Assembly: GCA_020354065.1 (NCBI GenBank)
Contig: CP070640.1
Coordinates: forward strand, 720,043-757,321
From: Candidatus Bathyarchaeota archaeon
GTDB lineage: Archaea; Thermoproteota; Bathyarchaeia; TCS64
Length of the DNA: 37,279 nucleotides
Direction of reading: 5' to 3'
The notes below the pieces were generated by a model. The model had not been told where the DNA came from. It did no database searches and saw only the letters and a program-made list of their open reading frames with translations. Position numbers and translations under genes: made by a program. This document shows positions 9,761 through 19,012 of the stretch, in pieces (position 1 is the first letter of the stretch; each line of letters begins with the position of its first letter).

Positions 9761-9855
9761 TCGCCAAATTGGATCTTAACTTTCCCTTAAGGATATTGGT
9801 ATTCCCTAATTCTGCTTGAAGAGCCCTTATCTTGCCCGGGCTTCCTGAAGGGAAC

Positions 9856-10641
9856 ATGTCGAGATCCATGAACGATACCTTGAGAACCATCCACAGCCTG
9901 AGGTCGAACCACAAATTCACATCGGAGGAGATCCCGAAGGAAGCCCTGGAGGAGATCTTCAAAGCATGCGTTAAGGCCGCCAACGCCTCGGCGCGGCAGA
10001 GCTACTCCATCGTCGTCGTGGGGGACAGGGGGGTCATGAAGGAGACCCTCGGCTACGAGGGGAGCAGGGCCCTGATCTTCTGCGTGGACTACAACCGGAT
10101 CGTGGACGCCGCCGAGCACATGGGCTACAACTTCACGGTGGATGGTATCAACGCCTTCATTACAGGGAGCACCGACGCTATCCTTGCGGCTCAGACCGCC
10201 GCCATCGCAGCGAAATCCCTGGGCATCGACTCCCTCTTCACCAACAGCTTGCACCGGGGGGACATCGAGAGGATCTACAGGCGCTTCGGGCTCCCCGAGA
10301 GATACTGCTTCCCCCTGATCTCCCTCATCCTAGGCTACTCAGCCGAGACCCCCGAATACTTCAAGGGTCGCCTAGAGGGGAAAGGAGTCATCCATTACGA
10401 CGGGTATCACAGGCTAACGGGCGAGGAGCTGGACTGGCTCGTGAACGAGTACGACGACCCCGAGAAGCGGCTGGGGGTGATCCGGGACTGGGAGGAGAGG
10501 GGTTTCACCCACTACCTTGACTGGTTCTACGCCGTCTGGTCCGTCAGGGATAAGAGGAGCGTCCCGGAGAGGGTGAAGCAGTTCTTCGACCTATTGGAGA
10601 GGGCGGGGTTTCTGGAGGGATTTCCGCTTCAACAACTCTAG
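9856..10641 (+). CDS. Nitroreductase (NfsA/FRP-like)
   Basis: TIHSLRS..F, AANASARQSYSIVVV, DAILAAQTAAIAAKSLGI and LILGY motifs; start at ATG 9856 or 9868. Confidence 0.87.
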   Translation: MSRSMNDTLRTIHSLRSNHKFTSEEIPKEALEEIFKACVKAANASARQSYSIVVVGDRGVMKETLGYEGSRALIFCVDYNRIVDAAEHMGYNFTVDGINAFITGSTDAILAAQTAAIAAKSLGIDSLFTNSLHRGDIERIYRRFGLPERYCFPLISLILGYSAETPEYFKGRLEGKGVIHYDGYHRLTGEELDWLVNEYDDPEKRLGVIRDWEERGFTHYLDWFYAVWSVRDKRSVPERVKQFFDLLERAGFLEGFPLQQL

Positions 10642-10824
10642 AAATAGATCTCATTCACAATCGACGACACCGAGACTACTGCGATAATGTCGGGGTCGAA
10701 GACTGACAACGCCTTTCGTTGCTTCGTTGATTTTGCCTTAAGGACGCACACATTAAATAGTATTGGGTATACTCAGTAGTAATGTTTATATTCGGTGCCC
10801 TATCACACTAACTCGGAGTGAAAC

Positions 10825-11334
10825 TTGAAGACATTGAAGATCTCGGATGATACCCACAGGCTCCTCACCATGATAAAAGGCGGGCTCATCGCCAGCTCCG
10901 GGGACTCCAATCTCACCTACGACGACGCCATCCACAGACTCATCATGTTCTGGAACGAGAACTCAGGGAGCGCCCAGGCTCTAGAGCCCTATCACTATGC
11001 TCGCTTTAAGTGGTGGAATAGGGTGGATCTGGAGAGAGTGGCCGAGGAACTCGGCGAGGCCTACAAGGTGGAATGGTCGCGCGGCCCGGAGACCGAGGGC
11101 GAGATCGACCTTAGGAAGGGTGAGAAGGACATCCTCAAGGTGAAGGCCGACACCCTCGGCGCCTACCTCGACGTCTACAAGGTGGTGATGTACCAGCGGG
11201 AGGCCTCCCACTTCACCAGGAGGGATGTGGAGCTGAGGGAGAGGCTGTTCGAGCTGTACGACAAGAACAGGCCCACGCCCTTACCCTGGGATTTCCTCAA
11301 GGAGCCCAATTTCGTGGTGCTGGAGCAGGAGTAG
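10825..11334 (+). CDS. Hypothetical protein; N-terminal ribbon-helix-helix/antitoxin-like domain plus an unknown domain
   Basis: MKTLKISDDTHRLL...TYDDAIHRL resembles an RHH strand-helix-helix; GGAGTG SD-like sequence and TTTATA upstream. Confidence 0.65.
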   Translation: MKTLKISDDTHRLLTMIKGGLIASSGDSNLTYDDAIHRLIMFWNENSGSAQALEPYHYARFKWWNRVDLERVAEELGEAYKVEWSRGPETEGEIDLRKGEKDILKVKADTLGAYLDVYKVVMYQREASHFTRRDVELRERLFELYDKNRPTPLPWDFLKEPNFVVLEQE

Positions 11335-11501
11335 CGGCCTGCTTACGCTCGATTTCTCTCAGAGGGATCGAGAACTCGGTGGCCTGACGCCGCCCGCCTC
11401 CCCGCTGTTCTAAAGGTTAGAACACCCCTCAAACGATATTGAATTCCCGTTCTAAAGAATGGTATAATTACCATCCCCACACCTGTATACCCCGACGTGA
11501 A

Positions 11502-12293
11502 ATGGATACCAAACGGCAGTACATCTCCGTCATCGCGATCTGCGTATCGGTCATATTGGCCGGGATGATAATCGCATACCAGCCCCAACCCGAGGAGGAG
11601 GAGACCTTCAAGTTCCCGTCGGGCATACCCCCCTCGTTGGGGAGCACCGCCACGGTTGGGCTCGGGGAGGAGTTGGTGAACGCCATACTGGTCTCGGGGT
11701 CCGGGAGCGCCTCGGCCCAGGCTACCCAGGCGACACTGACCCTGGGAGTCTGGACCCAGGCCCAGACCGCCTCCGAGGCAGCCGCGGAGAACGCCCAACT
11801 GATGAACGCGGTGATCACAGCCATTGAAGCCCACGGAATCACCGAGGATGATATGAAGACCGTCACCTACAGCATCAGCCCCGAGTACGACTGGGAGGCC
11901 AGGAGCGTCTCCGGCTACAGGGTCGTCAACATGATCCAGGTCGAGCTCGACGACAAAGACCTCGTCGGCGGCGTCCTAGACGCAGCCACGGCGGCGGGAG
12001 CCAACAACGTTCAGGGCATATCCTTCGGCATCTCCGAGGAGGAGGCTAAAGTCCTGGCCCAGGAGGCATACGTCCTAGCCCTGGGAAACGCCCAGGAGAA
12101 GGCCAACCTCATCGCCGAGACCCTCGGCCTAGAGATCACAGGGGTCCTCTCAGTCAGCGAGAGCATCTACCAACCCTACATCCCTCTCAGGGGCTTCGCC
12201 GAAGCCACCATCGACGTCGCCGCTACCACCCCCATCATCGAGGGGGCCCTGAGCGTCTCAGTAAGCGTCCAGGTGGCCTTTAGCTTCCAGTAG
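11502..12293 (+). CDS. SIMPL / DUF541 family membrane-anchored protein
   Basis: N-terminal TM; VSGSGSA, ISPEYD, GYRVVN, AGANNVQGISF and AQEKANLIAETLG; start at MDTKRQ. Confidence 0.88.
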   Translation: MDTKRQYISVIAICVSVILAGMIIAYQPQPEEEETFKFPSGIPPSLGSTATVGLGEELVNAILVSGSGSASAQATQATLTLGVWTQAQTASEAAAENAQLMNAVITAIEAHGITEDDMKTVTYSISPEYDWEARSVSGYRVVNMIQVELDDKDLVGGVLDAATAAGANNVQGISFGISEEEAKVLAQEAYVLALGNAQEKANLIAETLGLEITGVLSVSESIYQPYIPLRGFAEATIDVAATTPIIEGALSVSVSVQVAFSFQ

Positions 12294-12310
12294 ATCGCGA
12301 AAACAACACC

Positions 12311-12318
12311 CTTTTTTT
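12311..12318 (+). terminator. Oligo-T terminator after the SIMPL gene
   Basis: T7 run 18 nt past the stop codon. Confidence 0.55.
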
Positions 12319-12354
12319 CATTAAGAATCAACACGCCAGACAAGGCGTATTAGG

Positions 12355-12506
12355 TTGCACATGGTCATCTTCACCGTGATGGAGGTCACCGAGCCCAGAG
12401 GCTACGTGGACAAGATCAGGTCTTCAGCTGCTGCGACTCGGAACGCCCCACGGTCTTCAAGGTGAAGCGCATACCCGTCGAGCAGGACGGATTCCCACTA
12501 CTCTAG
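12355..12506 (+). pseudogene. Internally deleted / frameshifted remnant, TIGR04076-like
   Basis: Frame 1 reads MHMVIFTVMEVTEPRGY; a shifted frame reads VFSCCDSERPTVFKVKRIP...*. These resemble the N- and C-termini of that family with the middle missing. Confidence 0.45.
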
Positions 12507-13723
12507 GAGCCATTCACGCTTTCCTCGGGCGGCTTCACGTTCCTGAACATGAAATAGAGCGCTAGATCGTAGGCCGCCTTCAGCCCCCCGGCGAAGAGGA
12601 AGGGCAGGGAGGACCCGAGGAACTGCATCATGAACCCGGCGATGCTCGGCCCCAGGGCTGAGGTTAGGCTCCGGGGGAGGTTGATGATCCCCGCCACCCG
12701 GCTCCTCTCCTCGGGCTCCACGATGGCCATCACGTAGGACTGCCTGGTGGGCACGTCCATCTGGGCCAGCAGGGACCGGCCCACGTAGATAGAGGAGGAG
12801 GCCGAGAGGTTCGGCATCCAGGGGATGCTCATCGTCATCAGGTTTGCTGGGAGGTGGCTGTAGACCATCGTGTTGATGAGGCCGATCCGCTCAGAGATCC
12901 AGGCCGCCAGCATGAATGATAGGGCCGCCAGGAAGCTAGAGGAGGCGAATATGAGGCCAATGGCGTCCATGTCAAGGCCGAACCTGTCGAAGAACCAGTA
13001 GGAGACGAGGCTGTGGGTGACGAACCCGCCGCCCAGGGAGTCGACGCTGAAGAGGAGAGAGAGCTTCGTCACGTTCTTCCTGGTCTCCGGTGAGAGGGGC
13101 AGCGCCTCTACCCGGGCCTGCTCTACCTCCGCCGCCTCCGACAGAAGCAAGTACAGGACCACCGCCACCCCGTTGAGCAGAGCGTAGATCCAGAACATCC
13201 ACCTGTAGGAGGCCCCCGGGGCGAGGCCGAAACGGCTCTGGAGAACGACCACGAGGCCCGCGAACAGGGAGCCCGCGGAGACCGCTGCGGAGTTCAGGGT
13301 GCTCCTGATCGCGTACATCCGGGTCCTCCTTTCATCAGGGCAGGACTGGGCCAAGATGACTCTCTCAAGCGTCTGGGCTGGGCCTAAACCTCCCCTGTAG
13401 CCGAGGCTGGAGACCACGGCGACGAGGACGAGTATGATCGGGTTGGTAAGGGTCGCGAACACGACGCCGGAAAAGACTGTGAGCAGCCCGAAGAAGATGA
13501 GCATCCTCCTCCTGCCCATCCGGTCCGCGAGGAACCCGGCGGCGGTGTTGAAGATCGTTGAGGCGAGCAGCCCGGCCGTCAGCACAACGCCGATCTGCCA
13601 GAGGGGGACCCCGATCAGGTTGAGGTAGACGGCGATGAAGATGGAAACGAAGCTGGCGGAGAACGATTGGAGGGGCCTGACCGTCAGGAGCGTCTTCCCG
13701 TCCCTGGACAGCCAGCCCAGCAC
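12503..13723 (-). CDS. MFS transporter
   Basis: GFLADRMGRRRML motif A, DSLGGG and QMDVPTRQSY; about 12 TM helices. Confidence 0.9.
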   Translation of the reverse strand: MLGWLSRDGKTLLTVRPLQSFSASFVSIFIAVYLNLIGVPLWQIGVVLTAGLLASTIFNTAAGFLADRMGRRRMLIFFGLLTVFSGVVFATLTNPIILVLVAVVSSLGYRGGLGPAQTLERVILAQSCPDERRTRMYAIRSTLNSAAVSAGSLFAGLVVVLQSRFGLAPGASYRWMFWIYALLNGVAVVLYLLLSEAAEVEQARVEALPLSPETRKNVTKLSLLFSVDSLGGGFVTHSLVSYWFFDRFGLDMDAIGLIFASSSFLAALSFMLAAWISERIGLINTMVYSHLPANLMTMSIPWMPNLSASSSIYVGRSLLAQMDVPTRQSYVMAIVEPEERSRVAGIINLPRSLTSALGPSIAGFMMQFLGSSLPFLFAGGLKAAYDLALYFMFRNVKPPEESVNGS

Positions 13724-13736
13724 GCCTGATCCCCTC

Positions 13737-14621
13737 CTAGGGCCGCACCTCGGGACCGCCCTCGACTCTGGCCCTGTAGCGGGCTATCACCTCAGGCTGA
13801 AGCCGCACGTTCTCCAGGTTCCCAGCCACGAGTGTGGAGTACAGCTCCCCCAGGGATGGATCCAGGTCAGCCAGGCTTTCGAGGCATTCCCTGCCCCGCG
13901 AGGCTGCCTGCTCGCAGTCCGGGGTACAGGGGAAGAAGTAGCCCACATAATACGCCAGGGGATCCATGTTCCCCAGTTGCTCGGCCTCTGCGAGCTGCCT
14001 CGCCGCCCTCTCCTCGACGTTGAATTCCCGCTCCCGGTCCGAGACGTAGGCCTCGACGCAGCAGCCAGGGTATCCCAGCATCTCCCCCATCTCCCTGAGC
14101 CATGAGCCCTCGAACTCCTCAGGGTAGGCCAGTCGGATCCTCTCCATCCCCGGTTTCGCGCTTGCGTAGACCCTGGCCCGTATCTTCTGCCTGGACTTCA
14201 TCAGCCCCTTCAGCCTCCCGCCCACCCTCCCCTCCTTGAACAGGTAGAGCTCCTGAACGGTGGGCCTGACATCGGCGAGCCGGGTCCGGAGCCTCAGATC
14301 CCTCGCCCAGCTCAGGAGGCCTTTGTACTGGTCCGAGGCCCGGACTACCTTGTCGTAGGCGGTCCTCATCTCCTTCTTCAGGGAGGCAATGGCTGCGAGC
14401 TTACGCCTGGGGTCTGTCACCCTCTGGATCTGGATCATCTTGGGGGCCATCCTCCTGTCTATGGTGGAGCCCATCCCCTCCGCGTTTGGGAGGTCGACGG
14501 GAAGGACCGTTTGGGAGCACTGTCTCAGGCCGAGGTGGACGAGCAGCAGGTTCTCGACCTTGACCCGGGTCTTCAGCTTCGGGTCTCCCATGAGCTTCTG
14601 GAGCAACCGCGTCTCGTCCAT
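13737..14621 (-). CDS. Hypothetical Cys-motif protein (DUF483-like C-terminus)
   Basis: GEMLGYPGCCVEAY and FFPCTPDC motifs; 13 nt upstream of the MFS gene. Confidence 0.6.
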   Translation of the reverse strand: MDETRLLQKLMGDPKLKTRVKVENLLLVHLGLRQCSQTVLPVDLPNAEGMGSTIDRRMAPKMIQIQRVTDPRRKLAAIASLKKEMRTAYDKVVRASDQYKGLLSWARDLRLRTRLADVRPTVQELYLFKEGRVGGRLKGLMKSRQKIRARVYASAKPGMERIRLAYPEEFEGSWLREMGEMLGYPGCCVEAYVSDREREFNVEERAARQLAEAEQLGNMDPLAYYVGYFFPCTPDCEQAASRGRECLESLADLDPSLGELYSTLVAGNLENVRLQPEVIARYRARVEGGPEVRP

Positions 14622-14870
14622 GGCTTACTGCACCTTTACCCTATGGAGCGGTTTCTGTGCCTTAAAGTGTTCGAAGCAAGTCGCCCCCTCTGGTTATTCA
14701 GCAGAAAAGTAGTCGCGTGTTCAGAACGGCTTGAAATGAAGTAGATCCAGTGGACATCGAGTTCCTCGGGTGTGCTTCGCGATAAAAATTTCCTATACTG
14801 AAAACAATAGATGAGAATCAACCCTATTCTATAAGGCATTATTCGATTAAAAAATTGAAAAGGAGTGAGA

Positions 14871-16031
14871 CTACTCCTCGATTATCTCCACGTTAGCCCT
14901 AGGCACTGTCACGACCCTGCCGTCGTCCAGCTCGACGTCCAGCACCCTTACGTGGGACTCCGACTCGACCTGCTGCAGCTCGATGGGGAGGAAGGTCACC
15001 TTCCCTATGGCTCCGAAGTAGGGCTGCCTGATGATCCTGACCGGTGTCCCCGGGATCATGCCCGAGGCCAACGCTCCGTCCGTGGACCTCTCGAGGCCCT
15101 GCTCGTGGGGTATGATGATCTCCGGCCTGAGGACCCCGGCCCTGATCTGGGTCGCGCCGTTCACCGAGGCCTGGTACCCTTCGAAGCTCTTGAGGAGGTC
15201 GAAGGTCCGCTGCGACATCCTCATCCTGCCGAAGCCCTCGGTGACGATCAGGGTGATGCCTACCTCCTCCTGGCCCGTGATGGCGACCCCGATCTCCTCC
15301 CCTATGAAGGTTGTGAGATCGTCGTGGCGTACACCGCCGACCACTACGCAGGAGACCCCTAGATCCACGCTTTTTTTCAGGGCATCCATCGTGACCATGG
15401 AGCCCCCCACCAAGACGTCCCCTTTGTACTCGGGCTTCACGTGGTCTGCTGTAAGCTCCTCGTCGGAGGAGTCGACGGCTATGTGGATCTTCCCGTGTCT
15501 CTCTTCGCCTATGCCGAAGATCCCCTGGATGAAGGCTGCGTTTGTCTCGATGACGGCCCCCTCTCCAGGGAGCACCTCGACGACTTTGCCCGGTATGTAG
15601 GCATCGACCTCGACAGGTACTGGGCTGCCCCTGATTATGACCTGCCCTGTGACCTCTGAGATCGCTTCTATAATCCCGGTGATAGGGGAGGGAACGCGCT
15701 TCTTCATGAGGCCGAAGAAGGCCGTGTAGTAGGCTATGAGCTCCCCCTCCTCGACCTTGTCCCCGATCTGCTTAAGCAGGTACGGGGGCAATTCATCGGG
15801 CTCCAACCCAATGATCTTTGCAGCCTTTACGATCTCAGGTTCTCCGCTGATCTCTGTCCTGGCCACTGTCGTGTCATAAGCCACGGCGTCACCCACCTTG
15901 ACAAAGACCTCGCCGAAGATCGGCAGCCGCCGGATCTTGTCAACCACAACCGACCGCTTAACCTTCAGACCCGGAGTGTATGCGTGGGCCTCAGCGGATT
16001 TCTCCTCGCTCTCGTGTGCGTCCTCTCTTAT
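14871..16031 (-). CDS. Uncharacterised GlmL-associated protein (barrel-sandwich-hybrid-like repeats, C-terminal KOW/SH3-like domain)
   Basis: VKVGDAV and KQIGDKVEEGELIA repeats; GATQIRAGVLRPEIIIP; GTPVRIIRQPYFGAIGKV. Frame is open upstream of GTG 15947 through AHAYTPGLKV; proposed start is ATA at 16031. Confidence 0.75.
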   Translation of the reverse strand: MREDAHESEEKSAEAHAYTPGLKVKRSVVVDKIRRLPIFGEVFVKVGDAVAYDTTVARTEISGEPEIVKAAKIIGLEPDELPPYLLKQIGDKVEEGELIAYYTAFFGLMKKRVPSPITGIIEAISEVTGQVIIRGSPVPVEVDAYIPGKVVEVLPGEGAVIETNAAFIQGIFGIGEERHGKIHIAVDSSDEELTADHVKPEYKGDVLVGGSMVTMDALKKSVDLGVSCVVVGGVRHDDLTTFIGEEIGVAITGQEEVGITLIVTEGFGRMRMSQRTFDLLKSFEGYQASVNGATQIRAGVLRPEIIIPHEQGLERSTDGALASGMIPGTPVRIIRQPYFGAIGKVTFLPIELQQVESESHVRVLDVELDDGRVVTVPRANVEIIEE

Positions 16032-16032
16032 C

Positions 16033-17868
16033 TCACACCAGCTCCTTCAGCTTTTCCTCGGGGTAGAGATCCAAGGCCTCGAACCAGTTCAGGAGCACCT
16101 CCCTACTCTGGCTCGATTCCTCTGGCAGGGGGATCGGCCGCCCCCTGGCGTCTAGAAGCACCCCGGCCACTCCTCCCATGATGGTACGCTCGACGGCATG
16201 CCCCGACCCTTTTCCCAAGTCGAAGCCCCTGGCGGGTGTTATCACCGCCTTGGCGTCATGCCTCTCGGGGAGGGGAAGCAACTTGATCTCCCCGTAGCTG
16301 AGGTCCTCCTCGTAGGTCTCCCCGTCGGGCATCTCCAGCCGCACCTTCATCACATGCTTCCCGGGCTCGGCGGTCCCGGCAGGTGCGATGCAGGTGCCGA
16401 GCCTGACGAGGCAGTCCTTGTCGAAGATGCTCCAGGCCGCATCCTTGTAAACGGTGGACAGGACCCCGAGGTGGGGCATCATGAAAACGCTGTCCTGGAA
16501 CATCCTGGTCACCCCCTCGGGCTGCCAGGCGTCAATGAGGATAAACATGCTCTGGATCCGCCTAGGCGCGTGGCTGAGGAGGCCGCCTGTGCCAGCGATA
16601 ATGTCAATGATCATCATCTTGACATAGGTCTCCTCCACTGCCTGATCGAACATGTCCGCGACGGTTCTCTCCAGCTGGATCCCTTTCAGCCGGGTCGCGA
16701 TGGTTCTGTGGTGCGCCAGGCCTAAGCGGAGAGCCTCACGGGCCACCGAGTGCTCGACGATGAGGTCCTCAAGGGTCTGAGGGATTGTGGTGGGCCGGAT
16801 CATTTTGTTCATCAGCCTGCTGGAGACCTCCTCCTCCTCGAGGTTGAATGGGATCCAGCGCATAATGTTCTCGATGCCGGCCTCCTTCATCACGTTGGTG
16901 ACGCTGTAGCTCATCCCCAGGTTCGCGCTCACGCTCCTGACGAAGCGCCCGTCCACCACCGAGTAAACGTTGGTGGTCGCCCCTCCCAGGCCGACGCCGA
17001 GGACGTTCTCCTTGTAGGTGTCGGCGATGAGCTGCATCGCCATCCCCTCGCCGGCGGGGGTCGGCATGATGTCGACGTCGGTCCACTTCATCAGCTTCGT
17101 GTATCCGGGGGCGTGGCTCATCACGTGCTCCATGAAGAGCTCGTGTACGGCCCTGCGGGCAGGCTCGGTGTTCTCCACCTCCAGAACCGGCCTCAGGTTG
17201 TCCACCATGTCGAGGGCGAAGTCCTTGCTCATCAGATCCTTTATCTGCGGTCTCAGAGCCTTGTTCCCGGCGTATACGATGGGAAGGTCGTAGCCGACGC
17301 CGAGCCGGGGCTTAGGTTCGGAAGCCCTGATGAGCTCTGCGATCTCCATGACGTGGGACGACGCGCCGCCGTCGGTCCCTCCCGCGAGGAGGATCATGTC
17401 TGGCCTGAGGCTCCTGATCCTCTGGATTTTCTGGTAGGCCTGGCGTCCGTCATCCTTGGCGATCACGTCCATTACAATCGCACCTGCACCGAGGGCGGCC
17501 CTGTTGGCGCTCTCCGCGGTCATCGATTTGACGAGGCCAGCCACCATCATCTGGAGGCCGCCGCCCGCGCTGCTGGTGGTACAGTACAGGTCAACGCCTA
17601 CTCTGCCATCGTAGGGGATGACAATGCCACTCCCGTCGAGGGCCAGGATCCTGTGACCAGTGAGCTCCTCGACCTCCCTGACCGCGTTCTGAACCCCCAT
17701 GGTGACGTCCTCATAGGGGGCCTCGACGGTGGTGGGGGCCTCGCCAGCCACCAAGAACCTCCACTCCCCCTCCTTCCTGTGGAAGAACCTTGACTTGGTC
17801 GTGGTGCTCCCGACGTCGGTTGCCAAGATGAACTGCATCTGTTCGGTGGGCTTCCTGAGAGTGGCCAT
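16033..17868 (-). CDS. glmL: GlmL/MutL-like (glutamate mutase L) ASKHA-fold ATPase
   Basis: ATDVGSTTTK, TSSAGGGL, PDMILLAGGTDGG, IMPTP, GLGGATTNVYS and NLGMSYS motifs. Confidence 0.85.
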   Translation of the reverse strand: MATLRKPTEQMQFILATDVGSTTTKSRFFHRKEGEWRFLVAGEAPTTVEAPYEDVTMGVQNAVREVEELTGHRILALDGSGIVIPYDGRVGVDLYCTTSSAGGGLQMMVAGLVKSMTAESANRAALGAGAIVMDVIAKDDGRQAYQKIQRIRSLRPDMILLAGGTDGGASSHVMEIAELIRASEPKPRLGVGYDLPIVYAGNKALRPQIKDLMSKDFALDMVDNLRPVLEVENTEPARRAVHELFMEHVMSHAPGYTKLMKWTDVDIMPTPAGEGMAMQLIADTYKENVLGVGLGGATTNVYSVVDGRFVRSVSANLGMSYSVTNVMKEAGIENIMRWIPFNLEEEEVSSRLMNKMIRPTTIPQTLEDLIVEHSVAREALRLGLAHHRTIATRLKGIQLERTVADMFDQAVEETYVKMMIIDIIAGTGGLLSHAPRRIQSMFILIDAWQPEGVTRMFQDSVFMMPHLGVLSTVYKDAAWSIFDKDCLVRLGTCIAPAGTAEPGKHVMKVRLEMPDGETYEEDLSYGEIKLLPLPERHDAKAVITPARGFDLGKGSGHAVERTIMGGVAGVLLDARGRPIPLPEESSQSREVLLNWFEALDLYPEEKLKELV

Positions 17869-17951
17869 TTTGATTCGTAAAGGCTTTACAATGCCTCGTC
17901 TTAAGGTTTTCTAGTTTACAAGATAGCAGGGGTAATAGCCAAAAATAAGCC

Positions 17952-18350
17952 TTAAAACGGGAGGAAACGCCTCCAGCCTTTCTTCTTGGGCGTCTCTCCC
18001 GCCTTGGCATCAGCGCCCTTCTCGAGTTCCTTAGCTTTCTTGGCCTCCCTCTTCTGCCTCTCGTCTTCCTCCACGAGCTCCTCTATCATCTGTATGAGCT
18101 TCTCCGAGTTATCATGTTTCTCAAGGATCTGGAACAACTTCTCTCCGCTAATCCCGGCGTTCTCGCCTAAAGCGGGAAGGTAGGGGGACAGCAAGAAACG
18201 CCCCATCTGCGCTCCAAAGTATGTCATGGGCTTCATGGTCTCGATCGTGAGTATTGCGACTACGTCCATCCTGTATTTATGGATCGTCTCGGCGATCTTC
18301 CTGAGTATCTTCTCCTCTTCTTCAGGGGTTAACTCAACGTCCCAGTACAA
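17952..18350 (-). CDS. Conserved hypothetical protein with charged C-terminal tail
   Basis: TTG start; LTPEEEEKIL, ETMKP; ends KKKGWRRFLPF; co-oriented upstream of glmL. Confidence 0.7.
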   Translation of the reverse strand: MYWDVELTPEEEEKILRKIAETIHKYRMDVVAILTIETMKPMTYFGAQMGRFLLSPYLPALGENAGISGEKLFQILEKHDNSEKLIQMIEELVEEDERQKREAKKAKELEKGADAKAGETPKKKGWRRFLPF

Positions 18351-18439
18351 GCGTGATTCCCTTTGAGGCTACGTTGCCAAGTATCCCTCTTTTTTGGGAG
18401 ATATAAACTTATTAGGATTCCCTTTTATCCGGCTCGTGT

Positions 18440-18865
18440 CTACTTTGGAGTCAACCTAACCCGGAGGACCAGGTAGGCGCCGGCCAAGCCACCAGCTGCC
18501 AAGGTGACGAGAAGGGCTGTCACCATCCCTAGTGTTGGAGCCGGAGTTGCTGAGAAGGCCAGGAAAAGGGAGAAGACCCAGGAAAGGGCAGCGACCTTGA
18601 GGCCCACCACGAGGTGCTTGGACGACGCCCTCGTGCAGACCAAGTAGGAGGCCGCGGCACCACTCAAGAGATATATGAAGAATGTGGTGACGGCGAGGCC
18701 TCTTTCAGGAACCCTGGAGAAGAACTCGGAGTATGTACCTAGAAGCATTGACCAGATCCGCATGAGACCGACCGCCATTATCGCCCCCGCCGTGTAGTCG
18801 GTCAGGGTAGGGCTCCTCAGCTCCTCACTCAAGGTGTTGTCGATCCCAGACTTACTTCTTTGCAT
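18440..18865 (-). CDS. Four-TM small membrane protein
   Basis: Four Gly/Ala-rich hydrophobic segments; TATA-like sequence upstream. Confidence 0.65.
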   Translation of the reverse strand: MQRSKSGIDNTLSEELRSPTLTDYTAGAIMAVGLMRIWSMLLGTYSEFFSRVPERGLAVTTFFIYLLSGAAASYLVCTRASSKHLVVGLKVAALSWVFSLFLAFSATPAPTLGMVTALLVTLAAGGLAGAYLVLRVRLTPK

Positions 18866-19012
18866 TACTTATAATTTAACATGGACTGTGACAAATTAGG
18901 TTTTCACAGTGTTCCTGAATGAGGCGATAAAGTTGAGACCATGCCTCCCCCTGGAGAGCCCGTCAAGGGTAGACGCCATCTTGGCCAGGAGCCCGGAACA
19001 TATCTCCTCTCT

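Noticed and set aside
16750..17793. Long antisense ORFs (347 aa here; also 21360-22487, 27166-28476, 3599-4336 and others)
   Set aside because: Shadow frames of real genes caused by high GC3 codon bias; no recognisable motifs
16033..17868. MutL as a DNA mismatch repair protein
   Set aside because: The motifs are ASKHA-type (DVGSTTTK), not GHKL; only the name is shared
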